Part shown: positions 47,801-59,147 of the stretch, one piece after another
How the letters are laid out: every line of letters starts with the position of its first letter
Position numbering within the stretch: position 1 is the first letter of the stretch
From: Macrostomum hystrix
Lineage: Eukaryota; Animalia; Platyhelminthes
Direction of reading: 5' to 3'
Assembly (NCBI GenBank): GCA_950097015.1
Contig: CATNEN010000001.1
Coordinates: 2,480,001-2,544,000 of the forward strand
Length of the DNA stretch: 64,000 nt
Made by a program: the position numbers and the translations under genes
The notes under the pieces: model-generated
What the model saw: the letters and a program-made list of their open reading frames with translations, nothing else
What the model was told of the DNA's origin: nothing
The model's database searches: none

Positions 47801-50800
47801 GGGATTAGTATAATATGGATTAGGGAATAGAAACGGGATTAGTATGATATGGACTAGGGAATAGAAACGGGATTAGTATAATATGAATTAGGGAATAGAA
47901 ACGGGATTAGTATGATATGGACTAGGGAATAGAAACTGGATTAGTATAATATGGATTAGGAATAGAAACGGGATTAGTATAATATGGATTAGGAATAGAA
48001 ACGGGATTAGTATAATATGGATTAGGGAATAGAAACGGGATTAGTATAATATGGATCAGGGAATAGAAACGGGATTAGTATAATATGGATTAGGGAATAG
48101 GAACGGGATTAGTATAATATGGATTAGGGAATAGAAACGGGATTAGTATAATATGGATCAGGGAATAGAAACGGGATTAGTATAATATGGATTAGGGAAT
48201 AGAAACGGGATTAGTATAATATGGATCAGGGAATAGAAACGGGATTAGTATAATATGGATTAGGAATAGAAACGGGATTAGTATAATATGGATTAGGAAT
48301 AGAAACGGGATTAGTATAATATGGATTAGGGAATAGAAACGGGATTAGTATAATATGGATTTGGGAATAGAAGTTGGTGTGGGACTAAAAATGTTAGACA
48401 TCAAAAACTGGATTGCGGTCAATATGATTTGGAAGATACGAGCTATATGACTCCAACTCACCGGTAATCTAGCTAGCAGGGCTCCCAGCGATGTCAGAGT
48501 CTCGTCAGTAGAGTTGACAGCGCCATGCTTTGCCAAACTGACTAGACTCTCTTCAAGCCTGGCCGTGTCTGGCGCTTCAACGAATGGAAATCTGCGCACA
48601 TCTGGCAGGCCCATCGCTATTAACTGGAGCAGCAGTGAGTCCAGCGGAACTCTAAGTAGCTCGGGAGTTGAGTACTCTTGCATAGCAGCCAGATCCTGCT
48701 CGCTGTAGAGACGAAACGCAACGCCTTTGCAAATTGGAACAAGTTTGCAGATTTTTCACTTTAATAAAAATCTAACACGTAAATATTTCCGTGCTGAATT
48801 CTCTAGAGAGAAGCCAAGTCAAACTCGCAGTAGAAAAACTACGAAGCGAAATCGCTGTACAAGACACCTAAATCTTGAACTGCTGTACAAGACACCTAAA
48901 CCTTGAACTGCTGTACAAGACACCTAAACCTTGAACTGCTGTACAAGACACCTAAACCTTGAACTGCTGTACAAGACACCTAAACCTTGAACTGCTGTAC
49001 AAGACACCTAAACCTTGAACTGCTGTACAAGACACCTAAACCTTGAACTGCTGTACAAGACACCTAAACCTTGAACTGCTGTACAAGACACCTAAACCTT
49101 GAACTGCTGTACAAGACACCTAAACCTTGAACTGCTGTACAAGACACCTAAACCTTGAACTGCTGTACAAGACACCTAAACCTTGAACTGCTGTACAAGA
49201 CACCTAAACCTTGAACTGCTGTACAAGACACCTAAACCTTGAACTGCTGTACAAGACACCTAAACCTTAAACTGCTGTACAAGACACCTAAACCTTAAAC
49301 TGCTGTACAAGACGCCTAAACCTTGAACCGAAGTGTACAAAAGTCTAGTGTACAAGACACACAAGAGTCTAGTGTACAAGAGTCTAGTCTACAAGAGTCT
49401 AGTGTACAAGAGTCCAGTGTTCGAGAGTCTAGTGTACAAGAGTCCAGTGTTAAAGGAGTCTAGTGTACAAGAGTCCAGTGTTCGAGAGTCTAGTGTACAA
49501 GAGTCCAGTGTTAAAGGAGTCTAGTGTACAAGAGTCTAGTGTACAAGAGTCCAGTGTTAAAGGAGTCTAGTGTACAAGAGTATAGTGTACAAGAGTCTAG
49601 TGTACAAGAGTCTAGTATACAAGAGTCTAGTGTACAAGAGTCTAGTATACAAGAGTCTAGTGTACAAGAGTCTAGTCTACAAGAGTCTAGTGTACAAGAG
49701 TCTAGTATACAAGAGTCTAGTGTACAAGAGTCTAGTATACAAGATTCTAGTGTACAAGAGTCTAGTATACAAGAGTCTAGTGTACAAGAGTCTAGTCTAC
49801 AAGAGTCTAGTGTACAAGAGTCTAGTATACAAGAGTCTAGTGTACAAGAGTCTAGTATACAAGAGTCTAGTGTACAAGAGTCTAGTATACAAGAGTCTAG
49901 TGTACAAGAGTCCCGTGTTCAAGAGTACGGTGTACAAGAGTCCAGTGTTAAAGGAGTCTAGTGTACAAGAGTCTAGTGTACAATAGTCTAGTGTACAAGA
50001 GTCTAGTGTACAAGAGTCCAGTGTACAAGAGTCCAGTGTACAAGAGTCTAGTGTACAAGAGTCCAGTGTACAACTGTACAAGAGTCTAGCGTTCAAGACA
50101 CACAAAGGCACAAGAGTTCTGTGAAGAATTGAGAGAACCAGTCAGCGGTTTAATTGTCAGAAAAGTACGCGCTCACACTCGCATGCAGCGCGGGTCATTT
50201 ATATTATTTTATCAGCACGTTGGCATCAATGTACATATATTATGAACTGGATTAATGTACATACTGGCTTGGACAGGCAGGTAATAATTTAACAACGTGC
50301 TAAATGAAACGTTGCACGTGCAACGTACAACGTGCTAATACGAGTATAGGACTAAATGAAAGGTTAGAATATTTTTATAAGCAGCGGAGCTCTCACATTT
50401 TCTTCCTCAAGGGAGTTTGACGCAAATATAAGCAACAATAGAAATAAGAATCGAAAAATAGCAATAGAAAATATTATGAGCAAATAGTATAGAATAGCAG
50501 CGAAATACTCGTACATATGAAGGTTCTGATTGTCAGTCACTAGCGCAAAATCATTGATTAGTCAACTTGAAGCTGCAACCTGTCGGGCCGATTTCGGATC
50601 CGCTCGGGGTAGCGCCTCACCGAGCTGCCCGGTGGCTCAGCAGCCGCTGACGTTGGCACTGAAGCCGAGTCCGGAGCATTCGAAGTCCCGCTAGCCGCAT
50701 TCGATACCACTGGCGCCCGGTCTGTTCCAGGCTCGACCTCAGGTTGCACTGACACGATCGATGGTGCAGCTGCACGAGCTGAGCACCGCGGACTAGAGTC

Positions 50801-53800
50801 GATGGTGGCAGACGGCATGGTCGGCTCGGACAGCATCTGGTCGATGTGGCGTCGTACGATGCCGTCGCCGACCTGGACGTCATAGTTGCGCTGGGCCGCA
50901 GAAACCACGGTACCGGACACCCAGCCGGCGTCCTTGCCGAAGCCCTTGACTCGAACGATGTCGCCGACCTCGAAGCGTCGGGAAGACCGCCCTGACTGCG
51001 CCGCGGCGTCCTGCCGATCTCGAACCCGGTCCACCACTGACGGCCGCAGGAGGTCCAACCTGGAGCGCAGCCGGCGCCCGAATAGCAGCTCGCTGGGAGA
51101 CACGCCGGTTGTTGAATGCGGCGTGATTCGGTATGCGAACAGGAAGTTTTGCAGCGCCGCGGCAGAGTGACCGGACTTTCTGATGTGCAGCTTCAGCGTC
51201 TGGACGAACCGCTCGGCTTGGCCGTTGGTTGCCGGATGGTATGGCGCCGATGTTATGTGTCGAATGCCATTGCGGCTGGCGAATTCAGAGAACTCCTTTG
51301 ACGAGAACTGTGGACCGTTATCGGAGACTAGTATGCGAGGTAGGCCCAGGTGGCTGAAGACGTCTCGCAGATGAGCGATGGTGCTGCCGGCCGAAGTGTC
51401 AGTCATCTGTCGAACCTCTGGCCACTTGCTGTGCGCATCGATGATAATCAGATAGACTCGCCCGTCGACAGGGCCGGCGAAATCGACGTGAACACGGCTC
51501 CAAGGCTCGCTGGGAAATAGCCACGGGTGCGTTGGAGCCTTGATCGGATCAGCCTGATGAGCTTTGCAGGTTTCGCATGTTCGTGCCAGCTGCTCCAGCT
51601 CCTTGTCGAGCCCCGGCCACCAGACGAAGCTGCGTGCTAGGGCCTTCATTCGATTAGCACCTGTGTGCGACAGGTGCAACTCGCGTAAAACAGATTCACG
51701 CAGCGCTTCAGGGATGACCACTCGAGCTCCCCAGAGCAGACAGCCGACTTCGATCGTCAACTCGTGCTGTCGCTGAGCGAAGTCTGGGAACTCGGTGCCT
51801 TGCAGCTTCTCGCCGGACAGCAGAGCTCGCAGCAGCCTGGACATTGTAGGGTCCGCCTGAGTTGCTTTGGCGATCGCAGCAGCCGTCAGTGCGGCGTTGG
51901 AGTCCTCCACTAGCAGGAGCGAATGCACTGCCTCCTCCTCGTTGAAGGTTCCGCGCAGAGGCAAACGAGACAGGGAGTCGCAGTTCGAATGCTTCTCTGT
52001 AGGTCTGAACTCCATCGAGTACTGGTAGCCAGAGAGCCGAATGGCCCATCGCTGCATTCGGGCGGCCGCCCGGGTCGGAATCTCCTTGTCTGGGCCGAGC
52101 AGTCCCAGCAGCGGTTGATGATCCGTGATGATTGTGAAATGACGGCCGTATAGGAACTGATGGAATCGATGGACACCATAGATGATGGCTAGAGCCTCTT
52201 TGTCAAGCTGCGAGTAGTTGCGTTGTGCTGGCGTCAACGACTTGCTCGCGAACGCGACTGCGTGATCTCGGCCGTCCACGCGATGACTGAGGATGACCCC
52301 GATGCCGTAGGCCGATGCGTCGCACTCCAGCCTGATGGGCAGGTCCGGGTCAAAGTGCATCAGGGCCTTGGATTCGAGCAACATCTGCTTGGAGGCTTGG
52401 AAGGCAGCGTCTTCGGTGGCGCCCCAATTCCAGGTGGTGCCCTTGGACAGCAGGCGGTTGAGGGGTGCGACGACTGAGGCTAGATTTGGCAGAAACTTGG
52501 CGTAATGCGTTAGCATGCCCAGGTAGGAGCGCAATTGAGACACATCGCTCGGAGCCGGCGCCTTTTGAACGGCTTCGACCTTGCTCTGTAGAGGCCGGAG
52601 GCCGTGCTGGTCGATCCTATGTCCCAGGTAGTCGATTGAATCTTGAAAGAATGCGCACTTGGAGACGTTGAGCCGCAGGCCCGCCTCCTGCAGCTTTCGG
52701 AGAACCTGGGTCAGGTTGGCCTTGTGGGCTGTCAGCGAAGCTCCAGTCACCAGGATATCGTCTTGGTATACTTGAACGCCGTCAAGATGCCCGAGCAGAC
52801 TGTCGAGGACGCGCTGAAAAATCGCGCTCGCCGAGCTGATGCCAAATGGTAGACGGTTGACCTTGAATAGTCCGCGCTGCGTGTTGATGACGAGGTACTG
52901 CTTGCTGTCATCGGAGATAGGCAGCTGCAGGAATGCCTTCGCTAGGTCTAACTTGCTCCACTTGTGACCGCCACCCAGTCTGGCGAATAAATCCTCGATC
53001 CTCGGCAGCGGGTAGTGCTCCTGTTTGGCAACCTGGTTGAACGTGCACTTGTAGTCGCCGCAGATTCGAACTGAGCCATCCTTCTTGATCACCGGCACGA
53101 TGGGTGCGGCCCAATCCGAGGTAGCAATCGGTGTGATGACACCATCCGCCTCCATGCGCTGGAGTTCGCGGTCGACGCTTTCACGCTGTGCGTATGGTAC
53201 GGGTCGAGCCTTGTAGAATCGGGGTGCGGCGTTGTCCTGAATATGCAGGCTGACTTCTCCTAGGCGGTACTTGCCCAGGCCTTCGGCGAATACCTCCGGA
53301 AACTGACGAACTAGATCGGCAGCTACGTCATCGGGATTTGCAGCTACCGTGTTCACCGAGGCGGTCAGCCCTGGCCAGTCAAGCCGGATTGCCGCCATCC
53401 AGTCGCGGCCCAGGAGTCGAGCGCTGCCTTCAGAGACCACGAGCAGCGGAAGCGAAGCGGACTGACCGGCATGAACAACGTTCACCGTCACTACGCCAAC
53501 TGGACGGAACTCCTGGTCAGTGTAGGTGCGCAGAGTTGACCTGGACGGGTGCAGCTGTAGGTGAGACAGGTGTGCCTCGTAGAACGCTTTCGGAACCAAA
53601 CTGACGGCTGAGCCAGTGTCGAGTTCGAAGTGAGTCAGCACTTTCTCCACCTGCAGTGGCACCAGGATCGGAGATTTCGAAGCCGTTGAGAGGTGGTGAA
53701 TCAGCTCAATTTCGTTATCCGCTTCGGAAGCCTCGGCTTCGTCGAGCAACTTCACAGACTCTGGAGACCGACAGACCTTTTTGAGATGACCGACTCTGCC

Positions 53801-56800
53801 ACAGCGATGGCATTTCGCGTTGCGAAACTTGCAGGTCTGGCGTGGATGAATGCCGCCGCAGCTATCACAGCTGCCCGCAGTGGATGATGTAGCTCCAAGC
53901 GAGACCTTCTGCTTGTCGACGCGTTGTCTCCAAGCTGGTCCAGTCGAACCCGAAGTTGCGACTCTGTTGGTGGCAGGAGGGCGCGCCATCTCGCTGGAGT
54001 ATTTGAGAGCCGACTCGAGGTCAGTGGCCAGCTTGATCATTCCGCTGTACGAATGGTCGGAGCTCTCCAAGAGCTTGGCGCGGAGGGTGTCGCTCTGCAT
54101 GCCGAATAGAAACTGATCTCGGAGTCGCTCTTCCAAAGACGCGCCGAATTTGCAGTGGGCTGATGCGGACTTGAGCCCTGCTAGGAAGTCAGCAAAGGAC
54201 TCTTCCTCGTGCTGGAGTCGGCGTTGAAACTTGAAACGTGCCACAAGCTCTGAGGGTGCTGGAGAGCAGTGGTTCTGGAGAGTTTCTTGCAGCACCTCGT
54301 AGGATAGGTCCGTCAATTTTTTTGGTTGGCACAGATCTCTAAGCAGCTTGTAGTATTTCTCGCCGATAGCCATGAGGAAAGTAGCACGTTTGGCTTCAGA
54401 AGTCTCGATCTTGTTGCATATGAAGTATTGCTCCATTCTTTCCACGTAGATTTCGAAGTCTGAGTCGTTTGAGAGCTCAGGAATCTGACCACATGGCCTC
54501 GTCGCCATTGTGAAGAATTGAGAGAACCAGTCAGCGGTTTAATTGTCAGAAAAGTACGCGCTCACACTCGCATGCAGCGCGGGTCATTTATATTATTTTA
54601 TCAGCACGTTGGCATCAATGTACATATATTATGAACTGGATTAATGTACATACTGGCTTGGACAGGCAGGTAATAATTTAACAACGTGCTAAATGAAACG
54701 TTGCACGTGCAACGTACAACGTGCTAATACGAGTATAGGACTAAATGAAAGGTTAGAATATTTTTATAAGCAGCGGAGCTCTCACAAGTTCCTCACCAGG
54801 TCCAGTTCTACCAGCTCGACCTTTTCGCTGTTCGGCGGAGGCCTTCGAGATCCAGAACTGCTGCAGTCGTTGCATTCGACTGCTGGCATCCCAGGACAGC
54901 TCTTTGACTTTGCCTGAATCGGCGACAAAGCGGACGCCGTCGATAGTGACTGAGGTCTCTGCGATGTTTGTTGACACAATGCACTTTCGCATGCCCTCTG
55001 GCGCAACGTGAAATACTCGATCCTGTGATTGGGGAGACAATCAAACATGTCCTACCATTGTGAATGCTATTCTTTTAAGGTCTAGATAATCCGTTGTTTA
55101 AAAATTATTTCATCAATCTTTGTTGTGACTCAGTCAGACTAGTCATACTATCTACTGATTTCAAATATTATCCCCTCATTTCAAATATTATCCCCTCAAT
55201 TCAAATATTATCCCGTCATTTCAAATATTATCCCGTCATTTCAAATATTCTCCCCTGATTTCAAATATTATCCCGTCAGTAAGAGTATGATTAGTTTAAT
55301 TAGAATACTATACGCAGAAAAAAATCTAGGGATTTAAGCTAAAAAAGTCCCATTTCTACCTGCTCATCGGCGCTAAGGGATCCGTGGAGAGGCAGCACAA
55401 GCCAGCGCCGCCCCTCGTCGTAGGTTTTGGCAGCTTCGCTAACCGCCACAATATCCCGCATGCCGGCTACAAAGACTAGCAGATCGCCGCGTTCCTCAGG
55501 CGGATAGCGCGAATCGATGTGACGCAATACACGAACGTACGGCCCAGGATCAAGAGTCTCCGATTTGCCAGTGAGTTCCGAGTCTCTCAGTGGCCAATAC
55601 TCTAATTTGATTGGGTGCAGGCGACCCGGTACTCGAACCACTGGCACCTGGCCGCCAAGAAAATTGGCAAACAGGTGCAAATTGATGGTGGCCGACATCA
55701 GTACTAGTTTCACATCGGGTCGCACACGAAGCAGACATTTTAGTAGGCCCAATAGGAAATCAGTATGCAGGTGACGCTCGTGTACCTTAGGGATATTGAT
55801 TGAATTGATTGAATATTAGCTGAAAAAGGGGTCATTTTCGACTTAATGACTTAAAGGTCATGGGTTCGATTTCTGACTCTACTGGAACGATTCGACACTT
55901 TAATCGCTTCAGTTCACCCAGCTGTTAAATGGGTACCCCAGCATCAGCTAGGGGTGATTGAGGGCGAGTGTGGCGTCCCTTCCCCAGTCCGTGGACTGAA
56001 CGGCTGTACACAGCCTTCAGATGATGATGACGTTATTGGAAATATTGCCTTCCAGGAAGGAAAGTATGACCATTGAAGAAGAAGACGATGAGCTTTTAGT
56101 AAGGAGACTATGACCATCTAGGAAGGGGACAATGACCATCTATGAAGGATACTATGACCTTCCAGGAAGGAGACTATGACCTTCCAGGAAGGAGACTATG
56201 ACCTTCCAGGAAGGAGACTAAGATTCCGGGGATTCGAACCCAGGGTCCTCTTTGACACAGTAGGGTCCGCTCAAGCTTACCTCATCGAGTACGATAACAT
56301 TGTACTGTTTCAGTTGCGGATCAGCTTGCATCTGTCGGAGTAGCAGGCCCTCCGTGAGGAACACAACCCTAGTAGCGGCCGATCTAGCCTTATCGAATCG
56401 CACCTGGTGACCAATAAGCGATCCGTATTCGTTTAAAGTTTCGTAGCTCACCCGAGCGGCCAATGCAATGCAAGCCAGCCGACGTGGCTGAGTGACAGCA
56501 ATCAGCTGATAGCCAGCCTCAAGCAGGTACTGCGGCACCTGGGTGGACTTGCCGCAGCCGGTGTCGCCAGCCACTAGCACCGCTTGGTGCTGCTGAAGAG
56601 CCGATACAATCTCGGCTTTGTGTCGATAGACTGGCAGAGCTTCGCGACTGCGGCGTAGCTGCACGATCTTAGATAGCTGAGGTATTGATTTGGGTAATGA
56701 GGCACTTATTGCAGACAGTCGTCATGCTAATTTGTGTGAATTGCAAAGAAAAACTTTTTAAAAGACTAAAGAAATTACGGAGGACCATCGAGAACTTGTT

Positions 56801-59147
56801 CAATGAGCTTTCGTAAAGATTATTTAATAGAATGTCCTGAAGATTCTTTAGTGGAATGTCCTGAAGATTCTTTGGTGGATTGTCCTGAAGATTCTTTGGT
56901 GGATTGTCCTGAAGATTCTTTACTGGATTGTCCTGAAGATTCTTTGGTGGATTGTCCTGAAGATTCTTTAGTGGATTGTCCTGAAGATTCTTTAGTGGAA
57001 TGCCCTGAAGATTCTTTAGTGGAATGCCCTGAAGATTCTTTAGTGGAATGTCCTGAAGATTCTTTACTGGATTGTCCTGAAGATTCTTTGGTGGATTGTC
57101 CTGAAGATTCTTTAGTGGAATGCCCTGAAGATTCTTTAGTGGATTGTCCTGAAGATTCTTTGGTGGATTGTCCTGAAGATTCTTTAGTGGATTGTCCTGA
57201 AGATTCTCAAGTGGAATGTCCTGAAGATTCTTAGCGGATTATCATGAAGATTCTTTAGTGGAATGTCCTGAAGATTCTTTAGTGGAATGTCCTGAAGATT
57301 CTTTAGTGGAATGCCCTGAAGATTCTTTAGTGGATTGTCCTGGAGATTCTTTAGTGGAATGTCCTGAAGATTCTTTAGTGGAATGTCCTGAAGATTCTTT
57401 AGTGGAATGTCCTGAAGATTCTTTAGTGGAATGCCCTGAAGATTCTTTAGTGGATTGTCCTGGAGATTCTTTAGTGGAATGCCCTGAAGATTCTTTACTG
57501 GATTGTCCTGAAGATTCTTTGATGGATTGTCCTGAAGATTCTTTAGTGGATTGTCCTGAAGATTCTTTAGTGGAATGCCCTGAAGATTCTTTAGTGGAAT
57601 GTCCTGAAGATTCTTTACTGGATTGTCCTGAAGATTCTTTGGTGGATTGTCCTGAAGATTCTTTAGTGGAATGCCCTGAAGATTCTTTAGTGGATTGTCC
57701 TGAAGATTCTTTGGTGGATTGTCCTGAAGATTCTTTAGTGGATTGTCCTGAAGATTCTCAAGTGGAATGTCCTGAAGATTCTTAGCGGATTATCATGAAG
57801 ATTCTTTAGTGGAATGTCCTGAAGATTCTTTAGTGGAATGTCCTGAAGATTCTTTAGTGGAATGCCCTGAAGATTCTTTAGTGGATTGTCCTGGAGATTC
57901 TTTAGTGGAATGTCCTGAAGATTCTTTAGTGGAATGCCCTGAAGATTCTTTAGTGGAATGTCCTGAAGATTCTTTAGTGGAATGTCCTGAAGATTCTTTA
58001 GTGGAATGCCCTGAAGATTCTTTAGTGGAATGCCCTGAAGATTCTTTAGTGGAATGTCCTGAAGATTCTTTAGTGGAATGTCCTGAAGATTCTTTAGTGG
58101 AATGCCCTGAAGATTCTTTAGTGGATTGTCCTGAAGATTCTTTGGTGGATTGTCCTGAAGATTCTTAAGTGGAATGTCCTGAATATTCTTAGCGGATTAT
58201 CGTGAAGATTCTTTAGTGGAATGTCCTGGAGATTCTTTAGTGGAATGTCCTGAAGATTCTTTAGTGGAATGTCCTGAAGATTCTTTAGTGGAATGCCCTG
58301 AAGATTCTTTAGTGGATTGTCCTGAAGATTCTTTGGTGGATTGTCCTGAAGATTCTTTAGTGGAATGCCCTGAAGATTCTTTAGTGGAATGCCCTGAAGA
58401 TTCTTTAGTGGAATGTCCTGAAGATTCTTTAGTGGAATGCCCTGAAGATTCTTTAGTGGATTGTCCTGAAGATTCTTTGGTGGATTGTCCTGAAGATTCT
58501 TAAGTGGAATGTCCTGAATATTCTTAGCGGATTATCGTGAAGGTTCTTTAGTGGAATGCCCTGAAGATTATTCAGTGGATTGTCCTGAAGATTATTTAAT
58601 GGAATGTCCTGAAGATTCTTTAGTGGAACGTTCTGAACACAAGGCAGCAATATTTTGAAATGCGCTAACCTTTTGTTTCTGCAGAAAGTCAAAGTATAAT
58701 AGTAGTACAAATTCGAAATAGTACAACTGTTCGTCTGTAGCATCCGTGCTTTTCACTGAAATGTTATGATAAAAAGGTATGAACTTTCTCAATAATTGAA
58801 TTAAGACGCATGTGTATTAGATGGGACCTACATGGTGAATCCCTTCGATGCCGAATATAATCGCCTAAGCGTCGATTTTTTAATCGAATATTCAGCTTTT
58901 TGGCAGCATCAAACCGACCATCGATCTCTTGATTGACAGTCTCGACAGGCAAAGAAACATCAACGACATCTCCACTAGCTGCTGATGATCTACATTTAAA
59001 TCGTTTGTACCGCTCATAAAATGCCCAGAAATCTGTATAGGCTTTGTTGTTGCCATTGGCAACAAATGGAGCATCGTCCCCAGTAAAGAAAAGTCGATCT
59101 AGAAGGCGCCTATGTCGTTCTGTGTCAAGGAAGAAATGACCAGCCAT
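44897..59147 (-). CDS. DHX34: DEAH-box RNA helicase DHX34 (NMD factor); exons 59147-58832, 58755-58670, 56676-56281, 55785-55360, 55022-54797, 48724-48462, 47387-46942, 46558-46261, 45817-44897
   Basis: YFDFLQKQK|[39 protein letters not shown]|[35 protein letters not shown]2 region, [21 protein letters not shown]-terminal Zn-binding motifs. All 8 introns are GT-AG and phase-consistent. Confidence 0.93.
45958..46228 (+). mobile_element. SINE family A copy in the last DHX34 intron
   Basis: Family A head and body with (ATT)n tail. Confidence 0.7.
47600..48370. repeat. 34-bp minisatellite in DHX34 intron 6
   Basis: Unit gggattagtataatatggattagggaatagaaac. Confidence 0.95.
48855..50095. repeat. 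Adjacent 28-bp (48855-49330) and 15-bp (49333-50095) minisatellites in DHX34 intron 5
   Basis: Units ctgtacaagacacctaaaccttgaactg and agtgtacaagagtct share the core tgtacaaga. Confidence 0.95.
50120..54786 (-). mobile_element. Full-length Ty3/Gypsy (Mag-like) LTR retrotransposon in DHX34 intron 5
   Basis: Two 278-bp LTRs (50120-50397, 54509-54786) with TG...CA ends, identical by eye. 5-bp TSD AGTTC at 50115-50119 and 54787-54791. PBS TGGCGACGAGG. PPT GAGGAAGAAAA next to the 3' LTR. Confidence 0.97.
50558..54508 (-). CDS. Gag-Pol polyprotein, single 1316-aa ORF
   Basis: Two zinc knuckles ([27 protein letters not shown]), protease LDTGS, RT YQDD, RNase H CDASAYG, integrase HHCC plus DDE, in Gypsy order. 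Confidence 0.97.
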   Translation of the reverse strand: MATRPCGQIPELSNDSDFEIYVERMEQYFICNKIETSEAKRATFLMAIGEKYYKLLRDLCQPKKLTDLSYEVLQETLQNHCSPAPSELVARFKFQRRLQHEEESFADFLAGLKSASAHCKFGASLEERLRDQFLFGMQSDTLRAKLLESSDHSYSGMIKLATDLESALKYSSEMARPPATNRVATSGSTGPAWRQRVDKQKVSLGATSSTAGSCDSCGGIHPRQTCKFRNAKCHRCGRVGHLKKVCRSPESVKLLDEAEASEADNEIELIHHLSTASKSPILVPLQVEKVLTHFELDTGSAVSLVPKAFYEAHLSHLQLHPSRSTLRTYTDQEFRPVGVVTVNVVHAGQSASLPLLVVSEGSARLLGRDWMAAIRLDWPGLTASVNTVAANPDDVAADLVRQFPEVFAEGLGKYRLGEVSLHIQDNAAPRFYKARPVPYAQRESVDRELQRMEADGVITPIATSDWAAPIVPVIKKDGSVRICGDYKCTFNQVAKQEHYPLPRIEDLFARLGGGHKWSKLDLAKAFLQLPISDDSKQYLVINTQRGLFKVNRLPFGISSASAIFQRVLDSLLGHLDGVQVYQDDILVTGASLTAHKANLTQVLRKLQEAGLRLNVSKCAFFQDSIDYLGHRIDQHGLRPLQSKVEAVQKAPAPSDVSQLRSYLGMLTHYAKFLPNLASVVAPLNRLLSKGTTWNWGATEDAAFQASKQMLLESKALMHFDPDLPIRLECDASAYGIGVILSHRVDGRDHAVAFASKSLTPAQRNYSQLDKEALAIIYGVHRFHQFLYGRHFTIITDHQPLLGLLGPDKEIPTRAAARMQRWAIRLSGYQYSMEFRPTEKHSNCDSLSRLPLRGTFNEEEAVHSLLLVEDSNAALTAAAIAKATQADPTMSRLLRALLSGEKLQGTEFPDFAQRQHELTIEVGCLLWGARVVIPEALRESVLRELHLSHTGANRMKALARSFVWWPGLDKELEQLARTCETCKAHQADPIKAPTHPWLFPSEPWSRVHVDFAGPVDGRVYLIIIDAHSKWPEVRQMTDTSAGSTIAHLRDVFSHLGLPRILVSDNGPQFSSKEFSEFASRNGIRHITSAPYHPATNGQAERFVQTLKLHIRKSGHSAAALQNFLFAYRITPHSTTGVSPSELLFGRRLRSRLDLLRPSVVDRVRDRQDAAAQSGRSSRRFEVGDIVRVKGFGKDAGWVSGTVVSAAQRNYDVQVGDGIVRRHIDQMLSEPTMPSATIDSSPRCSARAAAPSIVSVQPEVEPGTDRAPVVSNAASGTSNAPDSASVPTSAAAEPPGSSVRRYPERIRNRPDRLQLQVD
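55157..55277. repeat. 20-bp minisatellite in DHX34 intron 4
   Basis: Unit atttcaaatattatcccgtc. Confidence 0.85.
55845..56030 (+). mobile_element. SINE family B copy in DHX34 intron 3; head fragment also at ~47495-47550
   Basis: gggttcgatttctgact...ttcagttcacccagctgttaaatgggtacc...cccagtccgtggactgaacggctgtacacagccttcagatgatgatg. Confidence 0.6.
56050..56220. repeat. 22-bp minisatellite in DHX34 intron 3
   Basis: Unit ttccaggaaggagactatgacc. Confidence 0.8.
56815..58625. repeat. 24-bp minisatellite in DHX34 intron 2, with higher-order block duplication
   Basis: Unit gtggaatgtcctgaagattcttta. A variant unit (ttagcggattatc) recurs at ~57231, 57782, 58189 and 58524. Confidence 0.96.

Noticed and set aside
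50617-54116. Short overlapping or antisense ORFs within gag-pol and other GC-rich exons
   Set aside because: Shadow frames of real coding sequence with no independent motifs.
56803-58503. (VECPEDSL)n and, at 49333-50111, (ESSVQ)n/(YKSLV)n ORFs
   Set aside because: Intronic arrays of DHX34, mostly antisense, broken by frameshifts.
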